64,000 nucleotides of DNA from an uncultured Mycobacterium sp. (GCA_964535335.1 CAZHUU010000001.1:6563-70562); one strand, 5' to 3'; counted from the stretch's first letter, positions 19,329 through 29,475 are shown. The notes: a model not told the origin generated them from the letters alone. Program-made: numbers and translations.

Positions 19329-20513
19329 ATGGGTATCTCTCCTTGCGTGCCGACCTATGAGATGAACATCTACACCCGCGAGGCGATCCTCGACCCGTAT
19401 CCGCACTATCGCCGGCTGCGGGAGCTGGGTCCAGTGGTGTGGCTGCCCAGGCACCGGGTCTACGCCCTACCGCGCTATACCGAGTGCAAGGCCGGGCTGC
19501 GCGACGACACCAGGTTCCGCTCCGCGGGCGGGGTGGCACTCAATGCGCTGAGCAACCGGCTGTCCGGGGGCACCACGCTGGCCAGCGACGGGCCCGAACA
19601 CGAGCGGCGCCGCAAGCTCGTCGCGCCCCGGATGCTCCCGCGGGCGCTCGGTGCGATCAGCGATCAGGTGCGACGGCGTGCCGCGGAGGTGGTCGACGCC
19701 GCGCTTCGCCGAGGCGATGTCGACGGTGTCGACCTGGCGACCGCGCTGCCGATGGCGGTGATACCCGACCTGGTCGGCTGGCCGGTCGATCAACGCGGGC
19801 ACCTGATCGACTGGGCCGGTGCGACGTTCGACATCCTCGGGCCGGGCAACCGCAGGATGCTGGCCGGGGTTCCGCGTGCGCTTCAGATGCTGCGGTTCGC
19901 TCGCCGCGTGGTTCGCGACCGCAGCGCCATTCCTGGCAGCATGGCCGATGACCTGTTGGCGGCCGCGGACCGGGGCCTCGTCGAACGCGATGAATGCTCG
20001 GCACTGCTGGTGGACTACCTCGGACCCGCCCTGGACACCACGATCAGCGCGATGTCCACCGCGCTGGTGCTGTTCGCCACCCACCCGCAGCAGTGGGATC
20101 TGATCAAGCGTGAGCCGGAACGAATTCCCAACGCCATCAACGAGATCGTGCGGTACGAGTCCCCGGTCCGTGCGTTCGGACGACGGGTGGCGACCGACAC
20201 CGAGATCGCCGGAGCCGCTGTTCCGGCGGGCTCGCAGGTGCTGATCATGTACGCCTCGGCCAACCGCGACGAACTCGAGTGGGAGCGCCCGGACGTCTTC
20301 GATATCGGCCGCGACGCCGGCCGGCATCTCGGCTTCGGGCAGGGTGCGCACGCGTGCGCGGGACAGGCGCTGGCGCGGTTGGAGACCACCGAATTGCTGC
20401 GGGCACTGATCGCTCGGGTGGATCGGCTGGAGCTCACCGGTACACCGGAATGGGGCCTGAACAACATCATCCGCAGGCACGCCCGGGTTCCGCTGCGGTT
20501 GGTCGCCTCGTGA
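19329..20513 (+). CDS. Cytochrome P450 (start 19320 or 19329)
   Basis: FGQGAHACAG heme motif, EIVR (ExxR), I-helix GPALDTT. Confidence 0.93.
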   Translation: MGISPCVPTYEMNIYTREAILDPYPHYRRLRELGPVVWLPRHRVYALPRYTECKAGLRDDTRFRSAGGVALNALSNRLSGGTTLASDGPEHERRRKLVAPRMLPRALGAISDQVRRRAAEVVDAALRRGDVDGVDLATALPMAVIPDLVGWPVDQRGHLIDWAGATFDILGPGNRRMLAGVPRALQMLRFARRVVRDRSAIPGSMADDLLAAADRGLVERDECSALLVDYLGPALDTTISAMSTALVLFATHPQQWDLIKREPERIPNAINEIVRYESPVRAFGRRVATDTEIAGAAVPAGSQVLIMYASANRDELEWERPDVFDIGRDAGRHLGFGQGAHACAGQALARLETTELLRALIARVDRLELTGTPEWGLNNIIRRHARVPLRLVAS

Positions 20514-20520
20514 TGTTCCG

Positions 20521-22263
20521 TCAGCGCCGGCCCGTGCGGCGTGCCACGTACGGCCACGGACTGTTCCGCTCCGGAACCGACTCGGCCCTAGCCTGTTTCA
20601 GCTGCACCTTCAGATACTCCCGCAGCTCGCCCAGATCGGGATCGGTCCAGCGGTTTTCGGCCTCGATCGGATCCGCGGTGAGGTCGTAGAGCTCCCACTG
20701 GTCGTCGAGCGGGCTGGTCCGGTAGGCCTCACCGCCGAACCCGTTCGCCGCGAGGTTTCGCACCCCGGGTTCGGACCAGGTCGACGGATCATCAAAGGTG
20801 CGCACGAGCTTCCACAGGTGTTCCCCGGCCCGAACCACCAGGCCCTCGAAGTTGGAGGCGGTATGCGCTGGAATCCTGATCCGAAGTGGCGCAGGGGGAT
20901 TCGACGTCCGTTTCAGGGCCCGCGCCAGACCGGAGGCCCCCGTATCACCGTCGAGCATGTCGTCCCTTGTCATCAGGTACACGGCTCGCTGGTCGTCGGC
21001 GGGCGCTCCGTCGACCACCGGCATCAAGTCTCGGCCGGGTAGTGGGTGCACCTCCGAGAACGACTGCCGTAGCGTCGCGGCCGCCGCGGCGACGTCGACG
21101 TCCGCCGCAGCAAGCAGGGTGGGAACCAGGTCGACGTGCGATGTCGGCGCGGTGACGACCCGTGGCCGGGTGCCGTGCCCACCGATCCGGGCGATCACGA
21201 ACGGCACCCGGGTGGCCTCGTCGTAGAGGTTGAACCACTTCTGGTGCAGCCCGCCGTGCGCGCCGAGCAGATCACCGTGATCGGCGGTGCGCACCAGCAC
21301 CGCGTTGTCCGAGCCGCCGTCGGTGACGGCGCGGCGCACCCGGTCGATCGGGCTGTCGACTTCTGCGTGCAGCCGGTAGTAGAGGTCGCGGTACCGCTGA
21401 GCGTTGCGCTGATAGATCCGCTCGATGGCCGGCGCCGGTCCGTAACCGGAGTAGTAGGCCTCCCGGAAGGCGATCTGCGCGGCCGGTTTGGTCCGCAGAT
21501 CCTCGTCCGCCGTCGGCGCCGGTGGCACCGGCGGCGGGTCCAGGTGGGACGGCTCCAGCGGGCTGCGCCGGACCCACGTCGGGAACAGCACGATGTCGTG
21601 CGGATTGACGAAGCTGGCCACCAACAGGAACGGCCGCGCCGCGGCCGGGTCGCCGGCCCGGCGGCGGGCGTAGCGGTCGGTCAGCCACGCGACCACCCGG
21701 TCGGCGATCAACGGGTCGCGCCGAAAACCGCTGTTGGCCAGCCCCGGGCCATGTGGCTCCGGACCGATCCACCCCGAGAAGCCGAACGCCGACAGCGGAT
21801 CGGCATCGAGGTAGCGCTGTACCGCGGCCTGATCCACGACCCCGTTGTCGTCGTTGGTCGCCAGCGGGCCGCCGGTCGCCGAGTCGTGCAGGTCGGCGTG
21901 CGAGATGTGCCATTTGCCGTCGTAGTGGGTGTCGTATCCGGCCGCGCGGAACCAGTTGCCCAGCGTGGGCACCTCGCCGCGCCGCAACCAGCGCATCCGG
22001 GAGTCGTCGAACGCCTTCCCGATCCCGTCGGTCTGGGTGACCCCGTGCAGATCCGGATACTGCCCGGTGAACATGGTCGGCCGGCTCGGTACGCAGGCGA
22101 GCGATCCGGTGTAATGCCGGGCGAAGCTGACGCCGTGCTCGTCGAACCAACGTCGGCCCGTCAGGGTCCGCTCACGCCAGGCGAGGACGGCCTCGTCCTC
22201 GTAGGGCGGGACGGCGCGTTCCTCGTCGGTCATCACGATGACGATGTCGGGGCGGTCACTCAT
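20521..22263 (-). CDS. Sulfatase (Cys-type, formylglycine-dependent)
   Basis: CVPSR (CxPxR), GKWH, NPHD, ADHG, ELYDL motifs. Confidence 0.9.
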   Translation of the reverse strand: MSDRPDIVIVMTDEERAVPPYEDEAVLAWRERTLTGRRWFDEHGVSFARHYTGSLACVPSRPTMFTGQYPDLHGVTQTDGIGKAFDDSRMRWLRRGEVPTLGNWFRAAGYDTHYDGKWHISHADLHDSATGGPLATNDDNGVVDQAAVQRYLDADPLSAFGFSGWIGPEPHGPGLANSGFRRDPLIADRVVAWLTDRYARRRAGDPAAARPFLLVASFVNPHDIVLFPTWVRRSPLEPSHLDPPPVPPAPTADEDLRTKPAAQIAFREAYYSGYGPAPAIERIYQRNAQRYRDLYYRLHAEVDSPIDRVRRAVTDGGSDNAVLVRTADHGDLLGAHGGLHQKWFNLYDEATRVPFVIARIGGHGTRPRVVTAPTSHVDLVPTLLAAADVDVAAAAATLRQSFSEVHPLPGRDLMPVVDGAPADDQRAVYLMTRDDMLDGDTGASGLARALKRTSNPPAPLRIRIPAHTASNFEGLVVRAGEHLWKLVRTFDDPSTWSEPGVRNLAANGFGGEAYRTSPLDDQWELYDLTADPIEAENRWTDPDLGELREYLKVQLKQARAESVPERNSPWPYVARRTGRR

Positions 22264-22708
22264 CGCTGCCCTCCACTTTCTTGGCCAGCCCGGCGAGCAG
22301 CAGGTCGAGTTGCTTGACGGTGACCCGGCCGAATATCCGTTCGGCGAGCCGCTGCGCCGGGTTTGATCCGATGTCCACCGTGCTGGCCAGGGTGACCTCG
22401 GTGAAACCGGGCGCGATGGGCCGCAGGGTCCACCGGCTGCGAAGGCGCCGCACCCTGCGGGGCAGGCCTTCGACGTCGTAGCCCAGCGTGGTCGGCGGTT
22501 CGAAGTCGGTGATCCGCTCGACGAGGGTGTTGCGTCCGAGCTGAATCCGTCGGGATGCGCCGATGGCGCCGCCGTCCTCGCCGTGCTCGAGTAGGCAGGA
22601 GTGCTCGACGAACTCGGCCCAGGAGCTGACCGAGCCGAAGTCGGCCAGCACGTCCCAGATTCGCTGCGGGTCGGCCGCTAGTGTTCGCACCCGGCGAATC
22701 TCACCCAC
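22256..22708 (-). CDS. SRPBCC/polyketide cyclase-like protein
   Basis: ADPQRIWDVLADFGSVSSW N-terminus; GASRRI. Confidence 0.82.
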   Translation of the reverse strand: MGEIRRVRTLAADPQRIWDVLADFGSVSSWAEFVEHSCLLEHGEDGGAIGASRRIQLGRNTLVERITDFEPPTTLGYDVEGLPRRVRRLRSRWTLRPIAPGFTEVTLASTVDIGSNPAQRLAERIFGRVTVKQLDLLLAGLAKKVEGSDE

Positions 22709-22723
22709 CTCAACACCATAGGG

Positions 22724-23932
22724 TCACTGGCGCTTCTGATGGCCCGAATACCCTTCCCAGGGGCTGTAATCCGCGATGAGTTCCTCCTGCTCGGGGCGTT
22801 GCGCCGGCGGCACGTGTTCGAGATTGATCCGGATCCGGTACCAGATGGAGCTCGGCCCGCGCATCCCGTCGACCAGGATGTCCACCGGTGCCAGCAGCGC
22901 GGCGGCCTCGGGATGCCGCGAGCGCCAGATGTCCAGCGCCGCCAGTGCCTCGTCGCGGGTCTTCGTGCGCGCGATCTCGATCAGCGGCTTGCCGCCTTTC
23001 GGCGGCTTCTCCGCCGGCCCGAGTTCCTCGGCCAACCGGAGCAGTGGGTCGAGCGACCCGACCGCGTCGTCCATCGACTCCCAGGGGTCGCCGCGCTCGG
23101 CGAAGCGGGCCGGCACCGTGGTGATGGTGAACAGTTCTGGCCGGCAATCGGGGACTTCGTCCCAGGTCAGGGGCATCGATACCCGGGCATCCGGCGTCGC
23201 CCGCACCGAGTAGGCCGAGGCGACGGTGCGGTCCTTCGCGTTCTGGTTGAAGTCCACGAACACGCCCTGCCCCCGGTCTTCCTTCCACCATTGGCTGGTG
23301 GCCAGCCCCGGGGCCCGGCGCTCGACTTCGCGTGCCACCGTCTCGGCGGCGAGGCGCACCTGTTTGAACGGCCACCGGGGAGCTATTCGGGCATAGATGT
23401 GGAAGCCGCGCGAACCGGAGGTCTTGGGCCGGGGGGTCAGGCCGTGGTCTTCGAGCACCTCGCGGGCCACCTGGGCGACGTCGAGGATCTGCGGCCACTG
23501 CACGCCGGGCATCGGATCGAGATCGATCCGCAGTTCGTCGGGATGGTCCAGGTCGCCCGCGCGCACCGGATGCGGGTTGAAGTCGACGCAACCGAGGTTG
23601 ACCGCCCACACCAGACCCGCCGGCTCACGGATCACCGCCTCCTTGGCCGAGGTACCCCGCGCGTAGCGCAATTCGGCGACGTCGATCCAGTCCGGTCGTT
23701 TCTCCGGGGCACGCTTCTGGAAGATCGCCTCCTCGGTGATGCCCTTGACGAACCGCTTCAGGATCATCGGCCGGTCGGCCACTCCGCGCAGTGCGCCGTC
23801 GGCCACGGCAAGGTAGTAGTCGACGAGATCCAGCTTGGTCACCGGATCGCGGTCGCCGGCGGCCGGGAAGACGACTTTGTCCGGATGGCTGATGGCGACC
23901 TGCCGGTCCCCGATCCCGATGAAGTCCCCCAT
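22724..23932 (-). CDS. Stand-alone LigD polymerase-domain (Prim-Pol) protein, Rv0269c orthologue
   Basis: HPDKV, IDLDP, KTSGSRGFH, VDFNQN, ASAYSVR; divergent from fadD2 as in Mtb. Confidence 0.9.
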   Translation of the reverse strand: MGDFIGIGDRQVAISHPDKVVFPAAGDRDPVTKLDLVDYYLAVADGALRGVADRPMILKRFVKGITEEAIFQKRAPEKRPDWIDVAELRYARGTSAKEAVIREPAGLVWAVNLGCVDFNPHPVRAGDLDHPDELRIDLDPMPGVQWPQILDVAQVAREVLEDHGLTPRPKTSGSRGFHIYARIAPRWPFKQVRLAAETVAREVERRAPGLATSQWWKEDRGQGVFVDFNQNAKDRTVASAYSVRATPDARVSMPLTWDEVPDCRPELFTITTVPARFAERGDPWESMDDAVGSLDPLLRLAEELGPAEKPPKGGKPLIEIARTKTRDEALAALDIWRSRHPEAAALLAPVDILVDGMRGPSSIWYRIRINLEHVPPAQRPEQEELIADYSPWEGYSGHQKRQ

Positions 23933-23997
23933 GGGGCAATGGTAGTTACGTATGCATTCCGCTCAGTCGGCGTGCTGGGTCCCATTAGGGTTGCCGC

Positions 23998-25677
23998 ATG
24001 CTCAATCTGTTCGACCTGCCCACGCAGGTGATGGCCAAGGCCCAGCAGTACGCCGAACGCGGTGCGGCAGAGTTGCACTACCTGCAGAAGATGATCGCCG
24101 CGGGCGCATTCCGGCCCGAGCCGCCGCAGAACCTGGCCGCGATGGTGGCCGACATCAGGCGCTGGGGCGAGGTCGGCATGATCCCTGCGCTCAACGCGCG
24201 CCGCACCCCGCACAAGTTGGCGATCATCGACGACGAGGGGTCGCTGACCTACCAGGAACTCGACGACGCCACCAACGCGCTCGCCAACGGGTTGCTGGCA
24301 ATGGGGGTCAAGGGCGGTGACGGCGTGGCGATCCTGGCGCGCAACCACCGCTGGTTCACCATCGCCAACTACGCCGGGGCCCGGGTGGGTGCGCGGACCA
24401 TTCTGCTCAACACCGAGTTCTCCGGGCCGCAGATCAAGGATGTCTCCGAGCGCGAGGGCGCCAAGGTGATCATCTACGACGAGGAGTACGCCGAAGCGGT
24501 GAAGCTGGCCGACCCGCCGCTGGGCAAGCTCCGGGCCCTCGGCGTCAACCCCGACGCCGCGGGCCCGCCGGTCGGCGAGCACGAGACGTTGGCCGAAGTC
24601 ATCGCCCGCAGCAGCACGGCTCCGGCCCCGAAAGCCACCAAGAAGTCGGCGATCATCGTGTTGACCAGTGGCACCACCGGGACACCAAAGGGCGCCACCC
24701 GACACACCCCGCCGACCCTGGCCCCGATCGGCGGCGTGCTGTCGCTGGTGCCGTTCAAGGCCGGCGAGGTGACCTCGTTGCCGTCGCCGATGTTCCACGC
24801 ACTGGGTTACCTGCACGCCACGATCGCGCTGACGCTGGGCTCCACGCTGGTGCTGCACCGCAAGTTCAAACCCGCCGCGGTGCTCGAGGACGTCCCGAAG
24901 CACAAGGTGACCGCCATTGTCGTGGTGCCGGTGATGCTGTCGCGGATGCTGGATGCGCTGGAGAAGATGGACCCCAAGCCGGACCTGTCGTCGTTGCGGA
25001 TCGTCTTCGTGTCGGGCTCGCAACTCGGGGCCGAACTGGCCACCCGCGCACTGAAGGAACTGGGCCCGGTGGTCTACAACCTCTACGGCTCCACCGAAAT
25101 CGCGTTCGCGAGCATCGCCCGGCCGGAGGACCTGCAGAAGAATCCGGCCACCGTCGGCCCAGTCGTCAAGGGCGCCAAGGTGAAGATTCTCGACGACAAC
25201 GGCAAGGAGGTGCCGCAGGGTGAGGTCGGCCGGATCTTCGTCGGCAACACCTTCCCGTTCGAGGGCTACACCGGCGGCGGAGGCAAGCAGATCATCGACG
25301 GCCTGCTGTCCTCCGGCGACGTGGGCTACTTCGACCACAACGGACTGCTCTACGTCAGCGGTCGCGACGACGAGATGATCGTCTCCGGTGGTGAGAACGT
25401 CTTCCCGGCCGAAGTGGAGGACCTGATCAGCGGCCACCCCGACGTCATCGAGGCGACCGCTCTCGGGGTCGAGGACAAGGACTTCGGTGCGCGACTGCGC
25501 GCCTTCGTGGTGCTGCGCGACCAGGCGGAGGTCACCGAGGACGCCATCAAGAACTACGTGCGGGAACACCTTGCGCGCTACAAGGTTCCGCGCGAGGTCA
25601 TCTTCCTCAGCGAGCTCCCACGGAACCCGACCGGCAAGATCCTCAAACGCGAACTGCGGCAGATCGAGGTGCAGTAG
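23998..25677 (+). CDS. fadD2: Acyl-CoA ligase FadD2 (Rv0270)
   Basis: TSGTTGTPKG, YGSTE, SGD, PRNPTGK; synteny. Confidence 0.9.
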   Translation: MLNLFDLPTQVMAKAQQYAERGAAELHYLQKMIAAGAFRPEPPQNLAAMVADIRRWGEVGMIPALNARRTPHKLAIIDDEGSLTYQELDDATNALANGLLAMGVKGGDGVAILARNHRWFTIANYAGARVGARTILLNTEFSGPQIKDVSEREGAKVIIYDEEYAEAVKLADPPLGKLRALGVNPDAAGPPVGEHETLAEVIARSSTAPAPKATKKSAIIVLTSGTTGTPKGATRHTPPTLAPIGGVLSLVPFKAGEVTSLPSPMFHALGYLHATIALTLGSTLVLHRKFKPAAVLEDVPKHKVTAIVVVPVMLSRMLDALEKMDPKPDLSSLRIVFVSGSQLGAELATRALKELGPVVYNLYGSTEIAFASIARPEDLQKNPATVGPVVKGAKVKILDDNGKEVPQGEVGRIFVGNTFPFEGYTGGGGKQIIDGLLSSGDVGYFDHNGLLYVSGRDDEMIVSGGENVFPAEVEDLISGHPDVIEATALGVEDKDFGARLRAFVVLRDQAEVTEDAIKNYVREHLARYKVPREVIFLSELPRNPTGKILKRELRQIEVQ

Positions 25678-25691
25678 CCCCGTTTTCCCGG

Positions 25692-25749
25692 CGAGCAGAC
25701 GCAAACGTCCCCGAACACCTGGCGTGTCGGGGACGTTTGCGTCTGCTCG
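25692..25749. repeat. Mycobacterial REP-like palindrome, likely bidirectional terminator
   Basis: Perfect 23-bp arms CGAGCAGACGCAAACGTCCCCGA with a 12-nt loop between convergent fadD2 and fadE6. Confidence 0.85.
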
Positions 25750-25763
25750 GCAAGTAGCTCGGT

Positions 25764-27962
25764 CTACGGATCGCGGGGCAGCCCGAGCAACCGCTCGGCG
25801 ATGATGTTCAACTGCACCTCCGACGTGCCGCCGTAGATGGTCGTCGCCCGGCTGGCCAGCAGATAGTCGGCCCACTTGCCCTGCGGCGAGCCGGGGTCGC
25901 CGATCGCGCCGTCGATGCCGAAGGATGACACCGCGAACTCGGCGTAGCCCTGGCCGGTGCGCATGGACAACAGCTTCGAGATGGCCGCCGAGGGCATCGC
26001 GTCACCGCCGGCAAGTGTCAGGAGTGTGGAGCGCAGGTTCAGCAGCTTCGCCGCGTGCCCCTCGGCGATCAGCTCACCGGCACGGTGATGCCCGATCTGG
26101 TCGAAGTGCCCCTGCGAGACGAACTCGACGAAGCCGTCCAGGTTGGCCAGGAAGCCCGGCTCACTTCCGCCGATCGAAACCCGTTCCGCGGTAAGGGTGT
26201 TGCGGCTGACCTCCCAGCCCCGATTGACGTCGCCGAGCACCAGATCGTCGGGTACGAACACGTCGTCGATGAACACTGTGTTGAACATCGCGTTGCCGGT
26301 CAGTTCCCGCAACGGCTTGACCTCGACACCCGGGCTGCTCATGTCGAGCAGGAAGTAGGTGATGCCGTTGTGCTTCGGCGCGCTCGGGTCGGTCCGCGCC
26401 AGCAGCGCCCCCCACTGGGAGAACTGCGCGGCGGTGGTCCAGATCTTCTGTCCGGTGATTCGCCAGCCGCCGTCCACCTTGGTGGCCTTGGTTGTCAGGC
26501 TGGCCAGGTCCGATCCCGCACCCGGCTCGGAGAACAGCTGGCACCAGATCATCTCGCCGCGGAACGTCGGCGGCAGGAAGCGCTGCTGCTGGGCGTCGGT
26601 GCCGAAGGCGACGATGGACGGGATCAGCCATGCCGCGATGCCCATCTGTGGGCGCTTCACCCGACCGGTGGCGAACTCCTGGGCGATGATGATCTGCTCG
26701 ACCGGGCTGGCGGCCCGGCCCCAGGGCTTGGGCAGATGCGGCTGCACCCAGCCGCCCTCGGCGATCGCCGCCTTGCGCTCCTCGCGCGGAATCGCCTTCA
26801 GCGCCTCGACTTCGGCGCGGATCTCGGCGCGCAGCTTCTCGGTCTCGGGATCGAGGTCGATGTTGACCGGACGCATCCCGGTGGTGGTGGCGGTGTCGAA
26901 GACCTTCTGCTGGTACTCCGTCGACCGCCCGAACGCCGCGACCAGTCCGAGCGCCCGCCGGTAGTAGACGTTGGTGTCGTGCTCCCAGGTGAACCCGATG
27001 CCACCGTGCACCTGGATGCAGTCCTGGGCACAATGCTGAGCCGCCACCGGTGCCAGGGTGGCGGCCACGGCGGCGGCGAACTGGTAGGCGGTTTCCTCGT
27101 TGTCCCAAACCTTTTCGGCCGCCTCGTCGAGGGCCCGGGCGGCGTCCCACACCGCCGCGGTGGCCCGCTCGGTGGTGGCGATCATCTCCGCGCACTTGTG
27201 TTTGATCGCCTGGAACTGGCCGATCGGCCTGCCGAACTGTTCCCTGATCTTCGCGTAGGCCGAGGCCGTGTCGGTGGCCCAGCGGGCGATGCCGACGGCC
27301 TCGGCCGACAACAGGGTGGTGACGATGGCCCGCCCCGCGGCTTGAGACAGGTTCGACAGCAGGCGGTCGGTGCCGATCTCCACACCGCTGGCCCGGACGT
27401 GGGCGACCGGACGCAGCAGGTCGACCGACTTGACCGGTTCGATCTCCAGGCTGGCGGCGTCGAGCACCGCCCATTCCACGCCGCTGCCGATGGCGACCGG
27501 CAGCACCAGGATCGAGGCCTGCCCGGCTGCCGGCACCGACCGCGCCTCGCCGCGGATCACCAGTTCGTCGCCCTGCTCTTCGGCGGTCAGGTCGGACTCC
27601 AGCGCGTAGGCGCCGATCAGGTCGCCGGCCGCCAGCTGGCCCAGCACCTTGGCGTCGGGGTCGTGAGCGGCGATCAGTGCGCTGGCGATCACCGACGGGA
27701 CGAACGGCCCCGGCACCGCCCCATAGCCGAACTCCGCGATCACGATCGCCAGTTCCAGCAGCCCGAAGCCCTGACCGTCGACCGACTCCGCCAGGTGCAC
27801 GCCGTGCAGGCCCTGCTCGGCCGCCGCCCGCCAGTACGGCGGCGGGTTCGGAATGGGGGTCTCGAGCGCCTCGTGCAGCACCTCAGCCGGTGCCACCCGC
27901 GACACCAACGACCTCACCGAATCCGCGAGATCGTGGTGTTCGGGGATGATCGCGATGGGCAT
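25764..27962 (-). CDS. fadE6: Two-domain acyl-CoA dehydrogenase FadE6 (Rv0271c)
   Basis: REQFGRPIGQFQAIKH, WCQLFSEPGAGSD, TIYGGTSE; synteny; ATG at 27962. Confidence 0.9.
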   Translation of the reverse strand: MPIAIIPEHHDLADSVRSLVSRVAPAEVLHEALETPIPNPPPYWRAAAEQGLHGVHLAESVDGQGFGLLELAIVIAEFGYGAVPGPFVPSVIASALIAAHDPDAKVLGQLAAGDLIGAYALESDLTAEEQGDELVIRGEARSVPAAGQASILVLPVAIGSGVEWAVLDAASLEIEPVKSVDLLRPVAHVRASGVEIGTDRLLSNLSQAAGRAIVTTLLSAEAVGIARWATDTASAYAKIREQFGRPIGQFQAIKHKCAEMIATTERATAAVWDAARALDEAAEKVWDNEETAYQFAAAVAATLAPVAAQHCAQDCIQVHGGIGFTWEHDTNVYYRRALGLVAAFGRSTEYQQKVFDTATTTGMRPVNIDLDPETEKLRAEIRAEVEALKAIPREERKAAIAEGGWVQPHLPKPWGRAASPVEQIIIAQEFATGRVKRPQMGIAAWLIPSIVAFGTDAQQQRFLPPTFRGEMIWCQLFSEPGAGSDLASLTTKATKVDGGWRITGQKIWTTAAQFSQWGALLARTDPSAPKHNGITYFLLDMSSPGVEVKPLRELTGNAMFNTVFIDDVFVPDDLVLGDVNRGWEVSRNTLTAERVSIGGSEPGFLANLDGFVEFVSQGHFDQIGHHRAGELIAEGHAAKLLNLRSTLLTLAGGDAMPSAAISKLLSMRTGQGYAEFAVSSFGIDGAIGDPGSPQGKWADYLLASRATTIYGGTSEVQLNIIAERLLGLPRDP

Positions 27963-28152
27963 GGTCGGTGGCCCTCTCTCGTGTCGGCGGACGTCCGGTT
28001 GCACCGATGGCCGATTAACCGGTGGGTTGGGACCGAGGGTACCCCCGCCGTCGCGCCGGGATCGGGGGTGGCCCGCAAACACCCGTGCCGCCGACGACGC
28101 GTGCAGATCGCGCACCGGAGAAGGAGCTCGTGCCGCGCGCGACTCTGTGCCG

Positions 28153-29475
28153 CTACCGCGAAGTCGACCGGTCGGGAGTGGCCCGCAGCGCGACGACGAG
28201 CGCGGCCGCCAGCACCATGATCACGCCGACCGCCCACATGCCGGCCCGGCTGCTGCCGGTCCACTGCTCCAGCGCACCGGTGGCGTACGGGGCGGCGAAC
28301 CCGCCGAGGTTGCCGACCGAGTTGATCAGACCGATGCCGCCGGCCGCCGCCGCACCGGTGAGGAACCGGGACGGCAGCGCCCAGAAGCTGGGGATCGCGC
28401 TGTAGACGCCCACCGCCGCCACGATCACCGGAATCATCGCCAGCACGGGACTGTGCAGGTACAGCGCGACCGGAATGGCCAAGCCGCCCAGCAGCATTGG
28501 AATCGCGACATGCCAGACGTGTTCACCGGTCCGGTCGGCGTGGCGAGACCACAGGTACATCGCGAGCGCGGCAAAGGTGTAGGGGATGGCGGTGATCAAA
28601 CCGATCTGCACTATCGACAACTGCAGGCCGAAGGTCTTCTTGAAACCGGTGATGATGGACGGCAGGAAGAAGGCCAGCGCGTACAGGCCGTAGGCGATGC
28701 CGAAGTACACCAACGCCAACGCCCAGATCCGGGGACTGGTCAGCGTGCGCCGCAGTGGGAAATCGAAATTCTTGTTGACGTGGCGCTCCTCTTCGGCCAA
28801 CACGTCGATCAACCACTGCCGTTCGTCGGACGACAACCAGTGGGCGTCCTTCGGCCGGTCGGTCAGGTAGAACCAGCAGATGATGCCCAGGATGATCGCG
28901 GGCAGTCCGACCGCGACCATCATGAAGCGCCAGCCGGCCAGCCCGAACGCGCCGTCGCCGGACTGGATCAGCCACGCCGCCAACGGTGTTCCGATCGCGG
29001 CCGCGATCGGGCTGGCCATCATGAACATCGCGACGATCCGTGCCCGGTACGCGGCGGGGAACCAGCGGCTCAGATAGAAGATGACGCCGGGGAACAGTCC
29101 GGCCTCGGCGACGCCGAGCAGGAACCGCAACACCAGCAGCGTCGCGACGTTGGGCGCGAATCCGATTGCCACCGCGACGATTCCCCACGACACTGCGATG
29201 CGCGCCAGCCAGCGCCGGGCGCCGAACCGCTCGAGGGCCAGGTTGGAGGGCACCTCCACGAGGACGTAGCCGATGAAGAAGATTCCCGATGCCAACCCGA
29301 ACATGCTGGCGGTCAACTGCAGGTCGGCGCTGAGGTCGGTCTTGGCGATGCCGAGGTTGGTGCGGTCGAGGTAGTTGACGAAGTACAACGCCATCACGAA
29401 CGGGACCAGCCGGATGGTCACCTTGCGCAGCGTGCGGGCCTGCAACGAGTCTTCACTCGTCGGTGCGGCGGACAT
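28153..29475 (-). CDS. MFS transporter, anion:cation symporter (tartrate/phthalate-like)
   Basis: NYLDRTN, EVPSN, RFLLGVAEAGLFPG, INSVGNLGGF. Confidence 0.9.
   Translation of the reverse strand: MSAAPTSEDSLQARTLRKVTIRLVPFVMALYFVNYLDRTNLGIAKTDLSADLQLTASMFGLASGIFFIGYVLVEVPSNLALERFGARRWLARIAVSWGIVAVAIGFAPNVATLLVLRFLLGVAEAGLFPGVIFYLSRWFPAAYRARIVAMFMMASPIAAAIGTPLAAWLIQSGDGAFGLAGWRFMMVAVGLPAIILGIICWFYLTDRPKDAHWLSSDERQWLIDVLAEEERHVNKNFDFPLRRTLTSPRIWALALVYFGIAYGLYALAFFLPSIITGFKKTFGLQLSIVQIGLITAIPYTFAALAMYLWSRHADRTGEHVWHVAIPMLLGGLAIPVALYLHSPVLAMIPVIVAAVGVYSAIPSFWALPSRFLTGAAAAGGIGLINSVGNLGGFAAPYATGALEQWTGSSRAGMWAVGVIMVLAAALVVALRATPDRSTSR

Noticed and set aside
20521-22263. Sulfatase as part of the aromatic module
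   Set aside because: It is coupled to the SRPBCC gene and lacks the module operator; a link cannot be supported
22724-23932. Prim-Pol gene as a sign of a mobile or defence element
   Set aside because: Core Rv0269c orthologue in its normal position beside fadD2
23839-28220. Long antisense ORFs (678 aa and 721 aa) opposite fadD2 and fadE6
   Set aside because: Shadow ORFs typical of high-GC coding DNA; no recognisable motifs
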